From Bacteroidota bacterium (lineage in GTDB: Bacteria; Bacteroidota; Bacteroidia; Chitinophagales; JADJOU01), in assembly GCA_016713645.1 (NCBI GenBank), contig JADJOU010000005.1, positions 85,000 through 148,999 on the forward strand: a stretch of 64,000 bases of DNA, given 5' to 3'. The number at the start of each line of letters is the position of its first letter. Positions within the stretch are counted from its first letter, which is position 1. Below the pieces are notes generated by a model. That model was not told where the DNA came from and made no database searches. It worked only from the letters and a program-made list of their open reading frames with translations. Of this stretch, positions 19,261-29,327 are shown piece by piece. Made by a program: the position numbers and the translations under genes.

Positions 19261-20202
19261 ATGCGTAAAATATTAGTAACAGGAGGCGCCGGTCAAGTAG
19301 GCAGCTGTCTTGTTGACAAACTGATTGAAAATGACGAGAATTTTGTCGTCATCATAGATAACTTTTTAACAGGGAAAAAGCACAATCTCCCTTCATCCAA
19401 AAATAAAAATTTCAAATTCATCACTTGCGACGTCAATAATTTTAGAGACATCAGCACCATTGTGACGGCATATAATTTTGATTATATTTTTCACTATGCA
19501 GCCGTCGTAGGGGTAAAGCGAACAACCGACCACCCCTCTTGGGTCCTTGAAGATATCCATGGGATTGAGAATATCCTGAACCTCGCTAAAAACACAGGCG
19601 TAAAAAGAGTATTCTTCTCTTCTTCATCGGAAGTTTATGGAGAACTCATCGAGCATCCACAAAATGAATTGACCACCCCACTGAATTCTAGACTTCCCTA
19701 CGCCGTTGTAAAAAACGTGGGAGAATCATACCTTAAGGCATATAAAAATGACTTTGATTTAGATTATACCATCTTCCGTTTTTTCAATACTTATGGGCCT
19801 AAGCAAAGTTTAGATTTTGTGATGAGTCGATTTGTAAAAAATGCGCTGAAAAATGACGAGATTCAATTGTATGGAGATGGCATGCAAACAAGAACATTTT
19901 GTTTTATCGATGACAATATAGAAGCAACCACCAATTGTTTGTATCAAGACCTAATGGTCAATGATACAATCAATATCGGTAGTGATAATGAAATCACCAT
20001 ATTAGAACTTGCGAAGACCATTATCAATATTACTGATTCTAAATCCAAAATAGTTCATCTTCCTGCACTCAAAGAAGGAGATATGAGCAGAAGAAAACCT
20101 GATATCGCCAAGATGAAATTGGTCTTAAATAGAGACCTCACTTCACTCGAAACTGGAATCAACCAAATGATTGAATTTGGCAAAAAATATCGCCATTGGT
20201 AA
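19261..20202 (+). CDS. NAD-dependent epimerase/dehydratase (extended SDR, UDP-glucuronate decarboxylase-like)
   Basis: VTGGAGQVGSCLVDKL Rossmann motif, SSSEVYG, PYAVVK (YxxxK). Confidence 0.8.
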   Translation: MRKILVTGGAGQVGSCLVDKLIENDENFVVIIDNFLTGKKHNLPSSKNKNFKFITCDVNNFRDISTIVTAYNFDYIFHYAAVVGVKRTTDHPSWVLEDIHGIENILNLAKNTGVKRVFFSSSSEVYGELIEHPQNELTTPLNSRLPYAVVKNVGESYLKAYKNDFDLDYTIFRFFNTYGPKQSLDFVMSRFVKNALKNDEIQLYGDGMQTRTFCFIDDNIEATTNCLYQDLMVNDTINIGSDNEITILELAKTIINITDSKSKIVHLPALKEGDMSRRKPDIAKMKLVLNRDLTSLETGINQMIEFGKKYRHW

Positions 20203-20218
20203 AATTCCAGATTGAATC

Positions 20219-21454
20219 TTGAAAAAAGAAAATACCATACTCATTATTGGAGCTGGACCTGCCGGTTGCGCATGCGCACTGTCTTTAGCAAAAAAAGGCA
20301 TTCCATCCATCCTCATCGATAAAGCTGTTTTCCCTAGGGATAAAATATGTGGCGATGCCCTCAGTGGAGCAGTCATCGGCTTCATGAACAAAATTGAACC
20401 CTCATGGGCGGCTGAATTGGGACAAAACGGCCTCGGACTTGGATCACACGGAATTAATTTCATCGCTCCTTCTGGCAAGAGCGTTCGACTTAAATTTAAC
20501 TCGAGTAAAGGGCCCAACGCCCCTGCTCCAGGTTACGTATCCAAGAGAATCGTCTTTGACAATTGGCTGGTCGATAAAGTCAAAAAAGAACCCCTTATTC
20601 AATTAATCGAAGATATTGAAATAAGAAAATATACAAAATGCGCAAATGGATATATCGCCGAGAGTCGAGATGGTCGCAAATTTGAAGCAGACTTAATTGT
20701 TGCATGTGATGGCGCTTACAGTGCCTTTGCCAAAGAAGTCGCAGGACTTGAGACAGAGAAATTACACAATTGTTTTGGCATTCGCGCTTACTACAAAAAT
20801 GTTGAATTTTCTGATCCAGACAATTTTATTGAATTGCACTTTATCAAAAAAGTACTGCCTGGATATTTTTGGATATTCCAAATGCCCAATGGCGAATTTA
20901 ATGTGGGCATGGGCATGAGAGCAGATGTGTTGGCAGCGAAAAAAATTAACCTCAAAAAATTATTGGAGGAAATTGTCTCAACGCATCCAACCATTTCTAA
21001 GCGATTTGCGAATGCGCAGCTAATAGACGATGTCAAGCTCTGGGGACTTCCTCTGGGAAGTAAAAAGAGAACCTTATATGGCGATAATTATCTCCTCTGC
21101 GGAGACGCTGCCATGCTCATCGATCCATTCACAGGAGAGGGAATTGGGAATGCATTGAGCAGCGGCTATTATGCAGCACAACATATCGCTTTAGCTATTG
21201 AGAAAAATGATTTTTCATCTGAAGAATTCAAAAACTACCAAGATACTATCGAGCGAGTCCTAGGCCCAGAATTGCGCATCAGCACAACCATTCAGCGACT
21301 GGCCAATCACCCATGGCTGTTTAATTTTGTCGTAAATAAAATTGCGGGCAGTAATAAAATTCAAGCTCTCTTCTCCTCCATGATTGGGGATATTGAGCTG
21401 CGCGCTAAATTAAAAAGTCCGCTATTCTATTGGAATCTAATGTTCAATAAATAA
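20219..21454 (+). CDS. geranylgeranyl reductase family FAD-dependent oxidoreductase
   Basis: ILIIGAGPAGCACALSLAKKGIPSILIDKAVFPRDKICGDALS; LCGDAAMLIDPFTGEGIGNAL. TTG start. Confidence 0.8.
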   Translation: MKKENTILIIGAGPAGCACALSLAKKGIPSILIDKAVFPRDKICGDALSGAVIGFMNKIEPSWAAELGQNGLGLGSHGINFIAPSGKSVRLKFNSSKGPNAPAPGYVSKRIVFDNWLVDKVKKEPLIQLIEDIEIRKYTKCANGYIAESRDGRKFEADLIVACDGAYSAFAKEVAGLETEKLHNCFGIRAYYKNVEFSDPDNFIELHFIKKVLPGYFWIFQMPNGEFNVGMGMRADVLAAKKINLKKLLEEIVSTHPTISKRFANAQLIDDVKLWGLPLGSKKRTLYGDNYLLCGDAAMLIDPFTGEGIGNALSSGYYAAQHIALAIEKNDFSSEEFKNYQDTIERVLGPELRISTTIQRLANHPWLFNFVVNKIAGSNKIQALFSSMIGDIELRAKLKSPLFYWNLMFNK

Positions 21455-21472
21455 GCCAACAATTTGTACACA

Positions 21473-22498
21473 TTATTTATTCGCAGAAAAAGTTCTCTCC
21501 CACAATTTCCCCAATGCTTCTGAGATTTGTCCATCCTTAAATGTTGGTTCAATTGTTCGAAATTTGACTTCGTCGCCTACCTTCGTTAATTGGGTATAAA
21601 ACATAAATGCTTCCTTTGGATCCTGCTTAGTAAAATCTCCCCTTCCCCATTTAATATTGAAGAAGTTTATCGTGTCGCTGCTCTCGCTTTTTATAAAATA
21701 TTTATTTTGAGAAAACCATTTTGCTGTGCTCAGGGCCTCGCTTTCCCATCCCTTTTCAAGGGAAAGATTACGCGGGTAAGTGGCAAATTCAATCGGCCTA
21801 TCGCCTTGAAAAATGGAGTATTCACTCACGTGAATCAAACTATCATCAGCAGCAATTCCCGCCCATAAAAAACTATTGAATATCGTCGGACTGGTCGACA
21901 ATTCTTCATGGGATAAATGTTGTTCTTGAAGCGCTATTTCAATATGCCGATGCGCATCATATTTAAACATACACGTCAGCAACATATAGGCCGTGCTAAT
22001 CCAAACAGCCAACCAAGCCAATTGAATTCTTCGAGGGTCATCTTTTCTATAAAATAGACATGCAATCAAAAATCCCATAAAAGGGAGGGTATAGAGCGGA
22101 TCAATGATTGATACATTATTGAATCCAACCAAATAATTGCTAAATGGCAGAAATAGTTGAGTCCCATAAGTAGTGCAACAATCTAGTAATGCATGAGTAA
22201 ATAGCGCCCAGAACCATACCCAATAAAGGTCTTTAAAGGAATACTTCTTTTTAAAAAACAACGCGGTTATGTAAGCCATGGGTATTGCCAGAAAAACATG
22301 CGTAAAAACAGCATGAGAATACCCTCTATGGATATGCAGTTTGGTCACTTCATCATGTATCCAAAAACTCGTCAGCACGTCTAAATCAGGAACCGTTCCA
22401 GCAATCGCACCAATCAACTGCGCTTTATTGCCCATCTTCTTCCCCATTAAAACCTCACCTACCGCTGCCCCTAAGACTATTTGCGTAATTGAATCCAT
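21473..22498 (-). CDS. membrane-bound metal-dependent hydrolase (YdjM/DUF457 family)
   Basis: MDSITQIVLGAAVGEVLMGKKMGNKAQLIGAIAGTVPDLDV and HRGYSHA; polytopic N-domain. Confidence 0.75.
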   Translation of the reverse strand: MDSITQIVLGAAVGEVLMGKKMGNKAQLIGAIAGTVPDLDVLTSFWIHDEVTKLHIHRGYSHAVFTHVFLAIPMAYITALFFKKKYSFKDLYWVWFWALFTHALLDCCTTYGTQLFLPFSNYLVGFNNVSIIDPLYTLPFMGFLIACLFYRKDDPRRIQLAWLAVWISTAYMLLTCMFKYDAHRHIEIALQEQHLSHEELSTSPTIFNSFLWAGIAADDSLIHVSEYSIFQGDRPIEFATYPRNLSLEKGWESEALSTAKWFSQNKYFIKSESSDTINFFNIKWGRGDFTKQDPKEAFMFYTQLTKVGDEVKFRTIEPTFKDGQISEALGKLWERTFSANK

Positions 22499-22556
22499 GT
22501 ATCTCTATTTTGTTTTCTCTATGCAATTTTAGGTGCTTTCCAACAATTTCTTCGAT

Positions 22557-23300
22557 TTACTTTTCGATTGTCGGATATTTCATCTTCAACCCTTTCATCA
22601 CTTCAACACATTTCTTGGCAATGAGGTATTCTTTGTACCAATTATTGTCTGTAGGAATGATTTCCCATGGGACTTGATTGCACTCCTCCAAGACGTCTTC
22701 ATAGGCTTTCTCATAATCACTCCACAATTTTCGCTCCTCCATATCATTGGGATTGTATTTAAACATCTCATCAACTTTGGTTCTTCGCTCTTCCAATCGC
22801 TCCAATTGTTTCTCCGGAGATACGTGCATAAAAAATTTCAGAACCACTGTACTATTCGATTCCAAGATTTTTTCGAAGTGATTGATATGCTCAAATCTTC
22901 GCTTCACGGTGTCTTGATCAATCCATTTGTGGACGCGCTGAATTAAGACGTCTTCATAGTGAGATCGGTTGAATATCTGTATATATCCTTTCTGTGGCGC
23001 TTGCTGATGAACACGCCAGAGAAAATCATGGGCCATCTCCAATTCTGTGGGTTTTTTAAAGGAATAGACATTGATTCCCGCGGGATTAATCGCCTTAAAA
23101 ACTTCCCTTATCACGCCGTCCTTGCCCGACGCATCCATTCCCTGCAGGATGACGAGCAGTGAATGTTTTCGCTCGGCATACATCACTTTCTGCAATTCCG
23201 CCAATTCTTTCAACAAATTCTCCGTCTCTTGTTTTGTCTCCGATTTGTCTATTTTCTCTGGGGCCTTGGTGGAGACTTTCGATAAAATTATTTTTGCCAT
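22557..23300 (-). CDS. ppk2: polyphosphate kinase 2 family protein
   Basis: LLVILQGMDASGKDGVIREVF (Walker A-like), FLWRVHQQAPQKGYIQIFNRSHYEDVL. Confidence 0.85.
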   Translation of the reverse strand: MAKIILSKVSTKAPEKIDKSETKQETENLLKELAELQKVMYAERKHSLLVILQGMDASGKDGVIREVFKAINPAGINVYSFKKPTELEMAHDFLWRVHQQAPQKGYIQIFNRSHYEDVLIQRVHKWIDQDTVKRRFEHINHFEKILESNSTVVLKFFMHVSPEKQLERLEERRTKVDEMFKYNPNDMEERKLWSDYEKAYEDVLEECNQVPWEIIPTDNNWYKEYLIAKKCVEVMKGLKMKYPTIEK

Positions 23301-23311
23301 AATGCCTATTT

Positions 23312-24229
23312 TTAGAGTGTTAAATAATGAATAATTTTTTGAAAATCATTTTTTATATTTTTTAATTGCAGCATTTGTGCCATGTCTGTAAACTTTCCAT
23401 GCTTCTCCCTATGTTTTACAATGTCTTCTGCCAAATACTTTGAAATATAGGGATGCGCTTCCAATGCTTCATAGCTCGCCTCATTTATACTCAATTGCGC
23501 AAGTATTGGACTCGGACAAATTAGCTTCTCTTTAAACTTCTGAAACGTGGAATCCTCCAATCCATAAGTCTCCCCAACCTGCTCTATCCGATGAAATCCC
23601 CCAAGTTTAGTCCTAAAATTGACAATTTTTGCTGCTAAATATTTTCCTATCCCATATAATTTTTCAAACTCCTCACAATTGGCTTTATTAATGTCGATCG
23701 TCCATCCACTTTCTGCTCGCGATGTGTTTTTAAAAGAAGCATTTGATGCAAAAGATTCCTTCTTATCTCCTTTTGGCTCTAGTTGAATATACCCTTCAAT
23801 CCCTTTATATTCAGCTGCTGAAAGTCCATAGATTTTCTTCATGTCCTCTTTTTTATAGAATTTTCCCCCTTTATTCCTATAATGAATGATGGTATGAGCA
23901 ACTTTAGATTTTAAACCCAATCCCATCAGCACTTCAACGCTCGCTGTATTTGGATTAAAATAGCTTTTGCGGCTTTCCGCTTCATGCTTGTGCAATTCAG
24001 CTACCGGGTTATGATCAACTTTTTGATCAGCCAGTGCCACGGTATCCACACGATAAAAATAGAGGGGAATCGATCTCGCTCTGGGCTTATATTGGTTGAT
24101 TCCAACAATCGCCAATCCAATAATCAACAGGACCATAATAGCCCTTTTTTCGGAAGGTTGGAACGCAGTGATGTCGCTCCAAAATCGCTTCAGTTCGGTT
24201 GTTTCCATACAATAAGTTAAGTAAACCAA
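23312..24229 (-). CDS. ComEA-like helix-hairpin-helix DNA-binding protein
   Basis: N-terminal TM segment and three HhH units (LMGLGLKSKVAHTII; FEKLYGIGKYLAAKIVNFR; ..YISKYLAEDIVKHR). Confidence 0.7.
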   Translation of the reverse strand: MVYLTYCMETTELKRFWSDITAFQPSEKRAIMVLLIIGLAIVGINQYKPRARSIPLYFYRVDTVALADQKVDHNPVAELHKHEAESRKSYFNPNTASVEVLMGLGLKSKVAHTIIHYRNKGGKFYKKEDMKKIYGLSAAEYKGIEGYIQLEPKGDKKESFASNASFKNTSRAESGWTIDINKANCEEFEKLYGIGKYLAAKIVNFRTKLGGFHRIEQVGETYGLEDSTFQKFKEKLICPSPILAQLSINEASYEALEAHPYISKYLAEDIVKHREKHGKFTDMAQMLQLKNIKNDFQKIIHYLTL

Positions 24230-24426
24230 AAATAGCGATTTTGGTTTGTCTCACTCATTTTTAACACATAAAGAGAAAATGTCATGATTGGTCAGAAAAC
24301 AAAAATGCTGCTGCTGTAATACTGCTCATCTTGTCCTATACTTCTAAATAGAGTACAGGCGTGCATTCCCGCCTTTTGGAGCAATAATTCACAAAATTTT
24401 CTTACTATTGCAAATAATATAATCAT

Positions 24427-25026
24427 ATGAAAACATCTAAACATAAATCAGAATATTTGCCAATAATGCTCAACGCTAAGGCAGATTCATCTTGCCAAAT
24501 TATACTTTGCTCAAAAGAAGCCGATATTTCTAAACTACCCCTTTTACCTTGGGAGAAAGCGCTTTTAAAAGGCAAAGAAGCCAAAAGCAGAACTCAATTT
24601 ATCAGCCGCACCGAGAGCAAAACCAATATCATTGTTTTTATCAGTTTGGAAGAGTTGAATAAAACCAAAGAGGCTGTTAGAAGATCCGCTGCAAGCGTAT
24701 TGGCTGAAATTAAAAAATTAGAGATCAGCGATGTTTCCATCGTCAACAATACACCGCAAAAAGAAATCGGTTTAGCTTTTGCCGAAGGATTGGCATTGAG
24801 CAATTACCAATTTTTAAAATACAAAACGAAAAAAGAGCACTCTTGTCTAGAGGCCATCAATTTGATTGACAAAAAGGCAACTGCTGCTGATATCGACCAT
24901 TTAAACATCGTTCTAGAGGCGACTGTTTTAGCAAAGGATTTAGTCAATGAGCCATTGAGTTATTTGACGGCAGAGCAATTGAGCGAAGAGATAAAAAAGC
25001 TGGAAAGAAAGCGGGATTTGAAGTAG
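24427..25026 (+). CDS. pepA: leucyl aminopeptidase (M17), N-terminal part, frameshifted
   Basis: M17 N-domain. The frame is lost in the A6 run at 24993-24998. The other frame reads ..AGKKAGFEVEVLDKKTMKKLGMGG. Full gene span is 24427-25874. Confidence 0.8.
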   Translation: MKTSKHKSEYLPIMLNAKADSSCQIILCSKEADISKLPLLPWEKALLKGKEAKSRTQFISRTESKTNIIVFISLEELNKTKEAVRRSAASVLAEIKKLEISDVSIVNNTPQKEIGLAFAEGLALSNYQFLKYKTKKEHSCLEAINLIDKKATAADIDHLNIVLEATVLAKDLVNEPLSYLTAEQLSEEIKKLERKRDLK

Positions 25027-25028
25027 AA

Positions 25029-25874
25029 GTGCTCGATAAAAAGACCATGAAAAAATTGGGCATGGGTGGCGTCCTTTCTGTAAATCTCGGAGGGAATCAA
25101 CCTCCTACATTTAGCATCATGGAGTGGAAACCAAAAAATGCAAAGAATAAAAAGCCTTATGTATTAGTTGGAAAAGGCATCGTATATGATACAGGCGGTC
25201 TATCACTCAAGCCAACGCCTAATTCTATGGATAAAATGAAATGCGATATGGCTGGAGCTGCTGCAGTCACTGGTGCAATGTACGCCATTGCCAAAGCCAA
25301 TCTTCCACTCTATGTGGTTGCGCTTGTGCCAGCAACAGAAAACAGACCAGGTGAAGACGCTTACGTACCGGGAGATGTAATCACCTTGCACAATGGGAAA
25401 ACAGTAGAGGTTTTAAATACGGATGCAGAAGGGCGATTGGTCTTAGGAGATGCGCTCAGTTACGCACAAGATTACAAACCAGAATTGGTTATTGATCTTG
25501 CAACCCTTACGGGAGCAGCGGCTGCTGCAATTGGAAGCGTGGGTTCTGTGATGATGGGCACAGCTGAAGAAAAAGTAAAGACGGAATTGAAACAAGCAGG
25601 ATTTAATGTGCACGAGCGCTTAGCAGAATTTCCTTTCTGGGAAGAATATGGTGAGATGATCAAATCTGATGTCGCTGATATCAAAAATGTGGGTGGTCCA
25701 GAAGGCGGATCTATCACTGCTGGTAAGTTTTTAGAGCATTTTATTGACTATCCTTGGATTCATATCGATATCGCAGGACCAGCATTTTTAACATCTCCTG
25801 ACACTTATCGAGGAAAAGGTGCTACCGCAGTGGGCGTGAGACTCCTATTTGAATTTTTTAAAAACAAAGTATAG
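25029..25874 (+). CDS. pepA: leucyl aminopeptidase (M17), catalytic C-terminal part
   Basis: VGKGIVYDTGGLSLKP, MKCDMAGAA, NTDAEGRLVLGDAL, DLATLTGA: canonical M17 motifs. Confidence 0.9.
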   Translation: MLDKKTMKKLGMGGVLSVNLGGNQPPTFSIMEWKPKNAKNKKPYVLVGKGIVYDTGGLSLKPTPNSMDKMKCDMAGAAAVTGAMYAIAKANLPLYVVALVPATENRPGEDAYVPGDVITLHNGKTVEVLNTDAEGRLVLGDALSYAQDYKPELVIDLATLTGAAAAAIGSVGSVMMGTAEEKVKTELKQAGFNVHERLAEFPFWEEYGEMIKSDVADIKNVGGPEGGSITAGKFLEHFIDYPWIHIDIAGPAFLTSPDTYRGKGATAVGVRLLFEFFKNKV

Positions 25875-25979
25875 TTGATGTTGAAGTAATGGGCTATGCC
25901 CTGCTTCAAGAATAGATAAAGAAGTGATACATGGATGAAAAACATAAAATTAGAATAGGCATTACGCTAGGCGATATCA

Positions 25980-26987
25980 ATGGGATTTCCTGAATTAATC
26001 ATCAAAGCGATGTCGGATGAGCGGTTGTTTAAGTACGCCACATTTATTATTTACGGCAGTGAAGTTGCACTTAAGTACCACCATAAATTATTGCCCGATT
26101 ATAAAGTCGTCTTCAATACGCTATCTGGGGATGCTAAAATCAGTCAGTCCAAGCCAAACCTGATTGAGATCGGTGGACCGCAGACCATCGTCACGATGGG
26201 CCAAGCAAATGAATCAGCTGGGAGATTGGCGATGAGTTTTTTGAATGCTGCGCTTTCGGATTTAAAATCGAATAAAATAGACGCCCTGATTACTGGGCCA
26301 TTGAATAAGAGCACCATAAAACTAGAGAAAGAACCATTTACTGGACATACGGAGTACATCGCCAAATACTTCAATGTCACGGAATCTATGATGTTTATGG
26401 TTTACGAAAATTTGCGCGTCGGTTTGGTGACCAACCATCTTCCTTTAGAGGATGTTAGCAAAAATCTCTCGAGCCAATTGATCTTGAATAAGCTCAAAAT
26501 CATGCAAAAAACACTGTCAGCTGATTTTGCTGTTCACCGCCCTAAAATCGCTGTACTCGGATTAAACCCTCATGCAGGAGACAATGGATTATTGGGCAAG
26601 GAGGAGAAGGAAACCATTATTCCCGCTATTCAAAAAGCGACAGATCAAGGCATCCTCGTCTATGGACCCTATCCCGCTGATGGATTTTTTGGCAATGGAT
26701 TGTATAAGAATTTTGACGCAGTTTTGGCGATGTATCACGACCAAGGGTTGATTCCATTTAAATCCATTTCAGGAAGCGAAGGTGTCAATTATACCGCTGG
26801 ATTGCCCATCATCAGAACCTCCCCTGATCATGGCACAGCCTATGATATCGCGGGGAAAAATCAAGCGCATATCAATTCTATCTTAAATTGTATATTCTAT
26901 ACCAAAGATATTTTAAACAATAGAATTCACTATTCAGAAGATACCGCTAATCCCATGAAGAGAAACGGTTCTAAAGATCGTGAATAA
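25980..26987 (+). CDS. pdxA: 4-hydroxythreonine-4-phosphate dehydrogenase; the true start is probably ATG 25931, with a frame change near 25985-25991
   Basis: TGHTEYIA, LNPHAGDNGLLG, AMYHDQGLIPFK and IIRTSPDHGTAYDIAG. The upstream frame reads MDEKHKIRIGITLGDINGIS*, which is the expected PdxA N-terminus (I-x-IT-x-GD-x-x-GI). Confidence 0.85.
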   Translation: MGFPELIIKAMSDERLFKYATFIIYGSEVALKYHHKLLPDYKVVFNTLSGDAKISQSKPNLIEIGGPQTIVTMGQANESAGRLAMSFLNAALSDLKSNKIDALITGPLNKSTIKLEKEPFTGHTEYIAKYFNVTESMMFMVYENLRVGLVTNHLPLEDVSKNLSSQLILNKLKIMQKTLSADFAVHRPKIAVLGLNPHAGDNGLLGKEEKETIIPAIQKATDQGILVYGPYPADGFFGNGLYKNFDAVLAMYHDQGLIPFKSISGSEGVNYTAGLPIIRTSPDHGTAYDIAGKNQAHINSILNCIFYTKDILNNRIHYSEDTANPMKRNGSKDRE

Positions 26988-26995
26988 TTCTTCGC

Positions 26996-28036
26996 ATGAA
27001 AAAGAACCTCCTCTATCTCGCCATTCTTATAGCACTTTGCCTCGTAGGTTATTTTGCATTTCGACTATCCAATTCAAATGAGATCGATCCCGATAAGGAC
27101 TTTGCTATTCATCAACCAGATGAAGTGCGCAAAATTATTATCAAAGAAAAAACATCTCGAGAAGTCGTTTTAGAGAAAATAAACGGAGTTTGGTACGTCA
27201 ATAATAATTATGAGGCAAGTGAAGCGCGCATCAAAGCCATGTTAGATGTTTTGCAAAAGATACAAGTAGAATATAATGTTGCGGACAATGCGCGAAAAAA
27301 AGTCATCGAAAACTTAGCCCTTTCTGCAGTCAAAACAAGTTTCTACAACGCAGATGGAGAAGAAATCAAGTCCATTTACATCGGACATGGCGGCAGCAAT
27401 GCGCATGGTACTTATATGATTTTAGAGCACAACAAACAAATTGCCCATAATCCCTATATTGTCAATGTGCCGGGATTTGAAGGTGCGCTCACTTATCGAT
27501 TCACTGCAGATAGCATTGCATGGCGCAATACACAAATATTCTCAACGCCCTTCGATAAAATTTCAAAAGTGCGCGTTGAATATTTCGAAGACCCTCGCGG
27601 CTCTTTTGAAATGAACGTAAATGAAGAATTGGTGCAAATCAACCCCATTCACGATTCCCTAATCAACAAGAATGAAATCGATGAACAAAAAGTCACTTCT
27701 TTCCTCGCGGAGTTTGAGAACAAGCATTTGGAATATTACGTCTTCAATGATACCAACCAAGCCAAAGTGCTAGCAAAGCCCCCATATTGCAAGATTACTT
27801 GCGTCGATTATGACCAAAGAACGACTGAGGCAACTCTTTATAGAATGCCTTTAAACGATCGGACCCTTGTCCAACAAGATGTCAATCAAAAGCCAATTGA
27901 ATATGATCTAGAGCGGTATTATGCGACATTTGGTAAGCGCAAAGATTTTGTTTCCGTTCAATATTATGTATTCGGTGTTTTGCTCAAGAAATACAATAAT
28001 TTCTTTAAGTCAAAGCCCAATAGTTCTAAAAATTAA
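26996..28036 (+). CDS. hypothetical membrane-anchored protein (DUF4340-like, low confidence)
   Basis: N-terminal TM/signal anchor MKKNLLYLAILIALCLVGYFAF. The WYVNNNYEASEARIKAMLDVLQKIQV pattern resembles DUF4340 from memory. Confidence 0.4.
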   Translation: MKKNLLYLAILIALCLVGYFAFRLSNSNEIDPDKDFAIHQPDEVRKIIIKEKTSREVVLEKINGVWYVNNNYEASEARIKAMLDVLQKIQVEYNVADNARKKVIENLALSAVKTSFYNADGEEIKSIYIGHGGSNAHGTYMILEHNKQIAHNPYIVNVPGFEGALTYRFTADSIAWRNTQIFSTPFDKISKVRVEYFEDPRGSFEMNVNEELVQINPIHDSLINKNEIDEQKVTSFLAEFENKHLEYYVFNDTNQAKVLAKPPYCKITCVDYDQRTTEATLYRMPLNDRTLVQQDVNQKPIEYDLERYYATFGKRKDFVSVQYYVFGVLLKKYNNFFKSKPNSSKN

Positions 28037-28073
28037 TATTGATTTTTACGATGTGATTCCGCGAGCGGCATTC

Positions 28074-29327
28074 TTAAACGCCAGATTCTTCTCCCTCTGT
28101 TAAAAGAGAAACTTCCACAATTTCTGGGCTCGTTCTAAACATCTTAATGATCTTGATTTCAAACTTTTCTGTTCGAATAATATCGCCTTCATTCGCAATG
28201 CTATTGTTGTATTTCGTTATCAAGCCCGAGAGTGTCTCGTAGTCATCATCCAATGGGAAATCAAATGGCAAAAGTTCGTTGATATCATCGACTGAATTCT
28301 GTGCGAGTATGCGGTATTTATTCTCTCCAATCAATTCAACGAGGGCCAATTCTTGATCGTGCTCATCTTGAATATCTCCCACCAATTCTTCGATGATATC
28401 TTCTAGTGTAACAACGCCCATGGTCGCTCCGAGCTCATCGACAACAACTCCAAATTCTGTTTTCTTGGCTTGGAAATGCTTGAGCAAATCTATTACCCTC
28501 CAATTCTCCGGAATGAACTGAACTGTGCGCATAATCTTTTTCAAATCCAATTCGCCTTTTTGCATTAAAACCCGCAGCAAATCTTTTGAGTGGAGCATTC
28601 CAATAATATTCTCCTTGCTCTCATTATAGATTGGATACCTCGTATATCCTTCATCCAATACAATTCTATTCACTTCTTCAAAGCTGGCATTGCTCGGAAT
28701 TCCAACGACATGAATATTGTGCCTATAGATTTCCTTAACCACTCTATTGTCAAAATCAAATACATTATGGATAAGTTCCCTTTCATTTGCATGTATGGCT
28801 CCTCCCTCTGCACTTTCTGCAATGATGAGCTTAAGTTCTTCTTCCGAGTGAAACTCTCCTTCCTCTCCTGGCTTTAATCCAATTACTCTAAGGATAAAAT
28901 TGGCAATCCAATTCAATACATAGATGAATGGAAGAAATATCGTTCTAAATGCCTTTAAAATTGGAGCAACAAAGAGTGTGGTCTTATATGCATATCTAAT
29001 TCCGATAGATTTTGGAGCCAGTTCCCCAAAGACAATGTGAAGTATTGTAATGAATGTAAAAGAGAGGACAATTGCTATTTGATGCGCCGTATTGATTTCA
29101 AGGTTAAAACCAAATTTCTCAAAACTCCTCAATAGAATGATGGTAAATGTCTTTTCTCCCACCACCCCCAAAGCGAGGGATGCAATCGTGATTCCCAGCT
29201 GAGTCGCAGCGAGATATCCTTCAATATTGTCGAGAATACTGCGCGCGATGAGATTCGATGTTTTTTTACTGTCTAAAGAATCTAATTGAGAACTTCTTAC
29301 CTTAACAATGGCAAACTCTGCTGCCAC
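28074..29327 (-). CDS. CNNM/hemolysin-family transporter (DUF21-CBS pair-CorC_HlyC); the true start is probably ATG 29398, with a 1-nt frameshift in the run 29328-29332
   Basis: DUF21 TM region, CBS pair and CorC C-domain. The upstream frame reads METDSVNFLNILLTLFLVFLNGF. It joins to FVAAEFAIVKVR if the T5 run (minus strand) is read as T6. Confidence 0.8.
   Translation of the reverse strand: MAAEFAIVKVRSSQLDSLDSKKTSNLIARSILDNIEGYLAATQLGITIASLALGVVGEKTFTIILLRSFEKFGFNLEINTAHQIAIVLSFTFITILHIVFGELAPKSIGIRYAYKTTLFVAPILKAFRTIFLPFIYVLNWIANFILRVIGLKPGEEGEFHSEEELKLIIAESAEGGAIHANERELIHNVFDFDNRVVKEIYRHNIHVVGIPSNASFEEVNRIVLDEGYTRYPIYNESKENIIGMLHSKDLLRVLMQKGELDLKKIMRTVQFIPENWRVIDLLKHFQAKKTEFGVVVDELGATMGVVTLEDIIEELVGDIQDEHDQELALVELIGENKYRILAQNSVDDINELLPFDFPLDDDYETLSGLITKYNNSIANEGDIIRTEKFEIKIIKMFRTSPEIVEVSLLTEGEESGV

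Noticed and set aside
24993-24998. Programmed ribosomal frameshifting at the homopolymer-associated breaks
   Set aside because: No slippery heptamer plus downstream structure pattern is shared between sites. The affected genes (pepA, pdxA, CNNM, PorP) are not known to use recoding. Errors or mutations are the simpler explanation.
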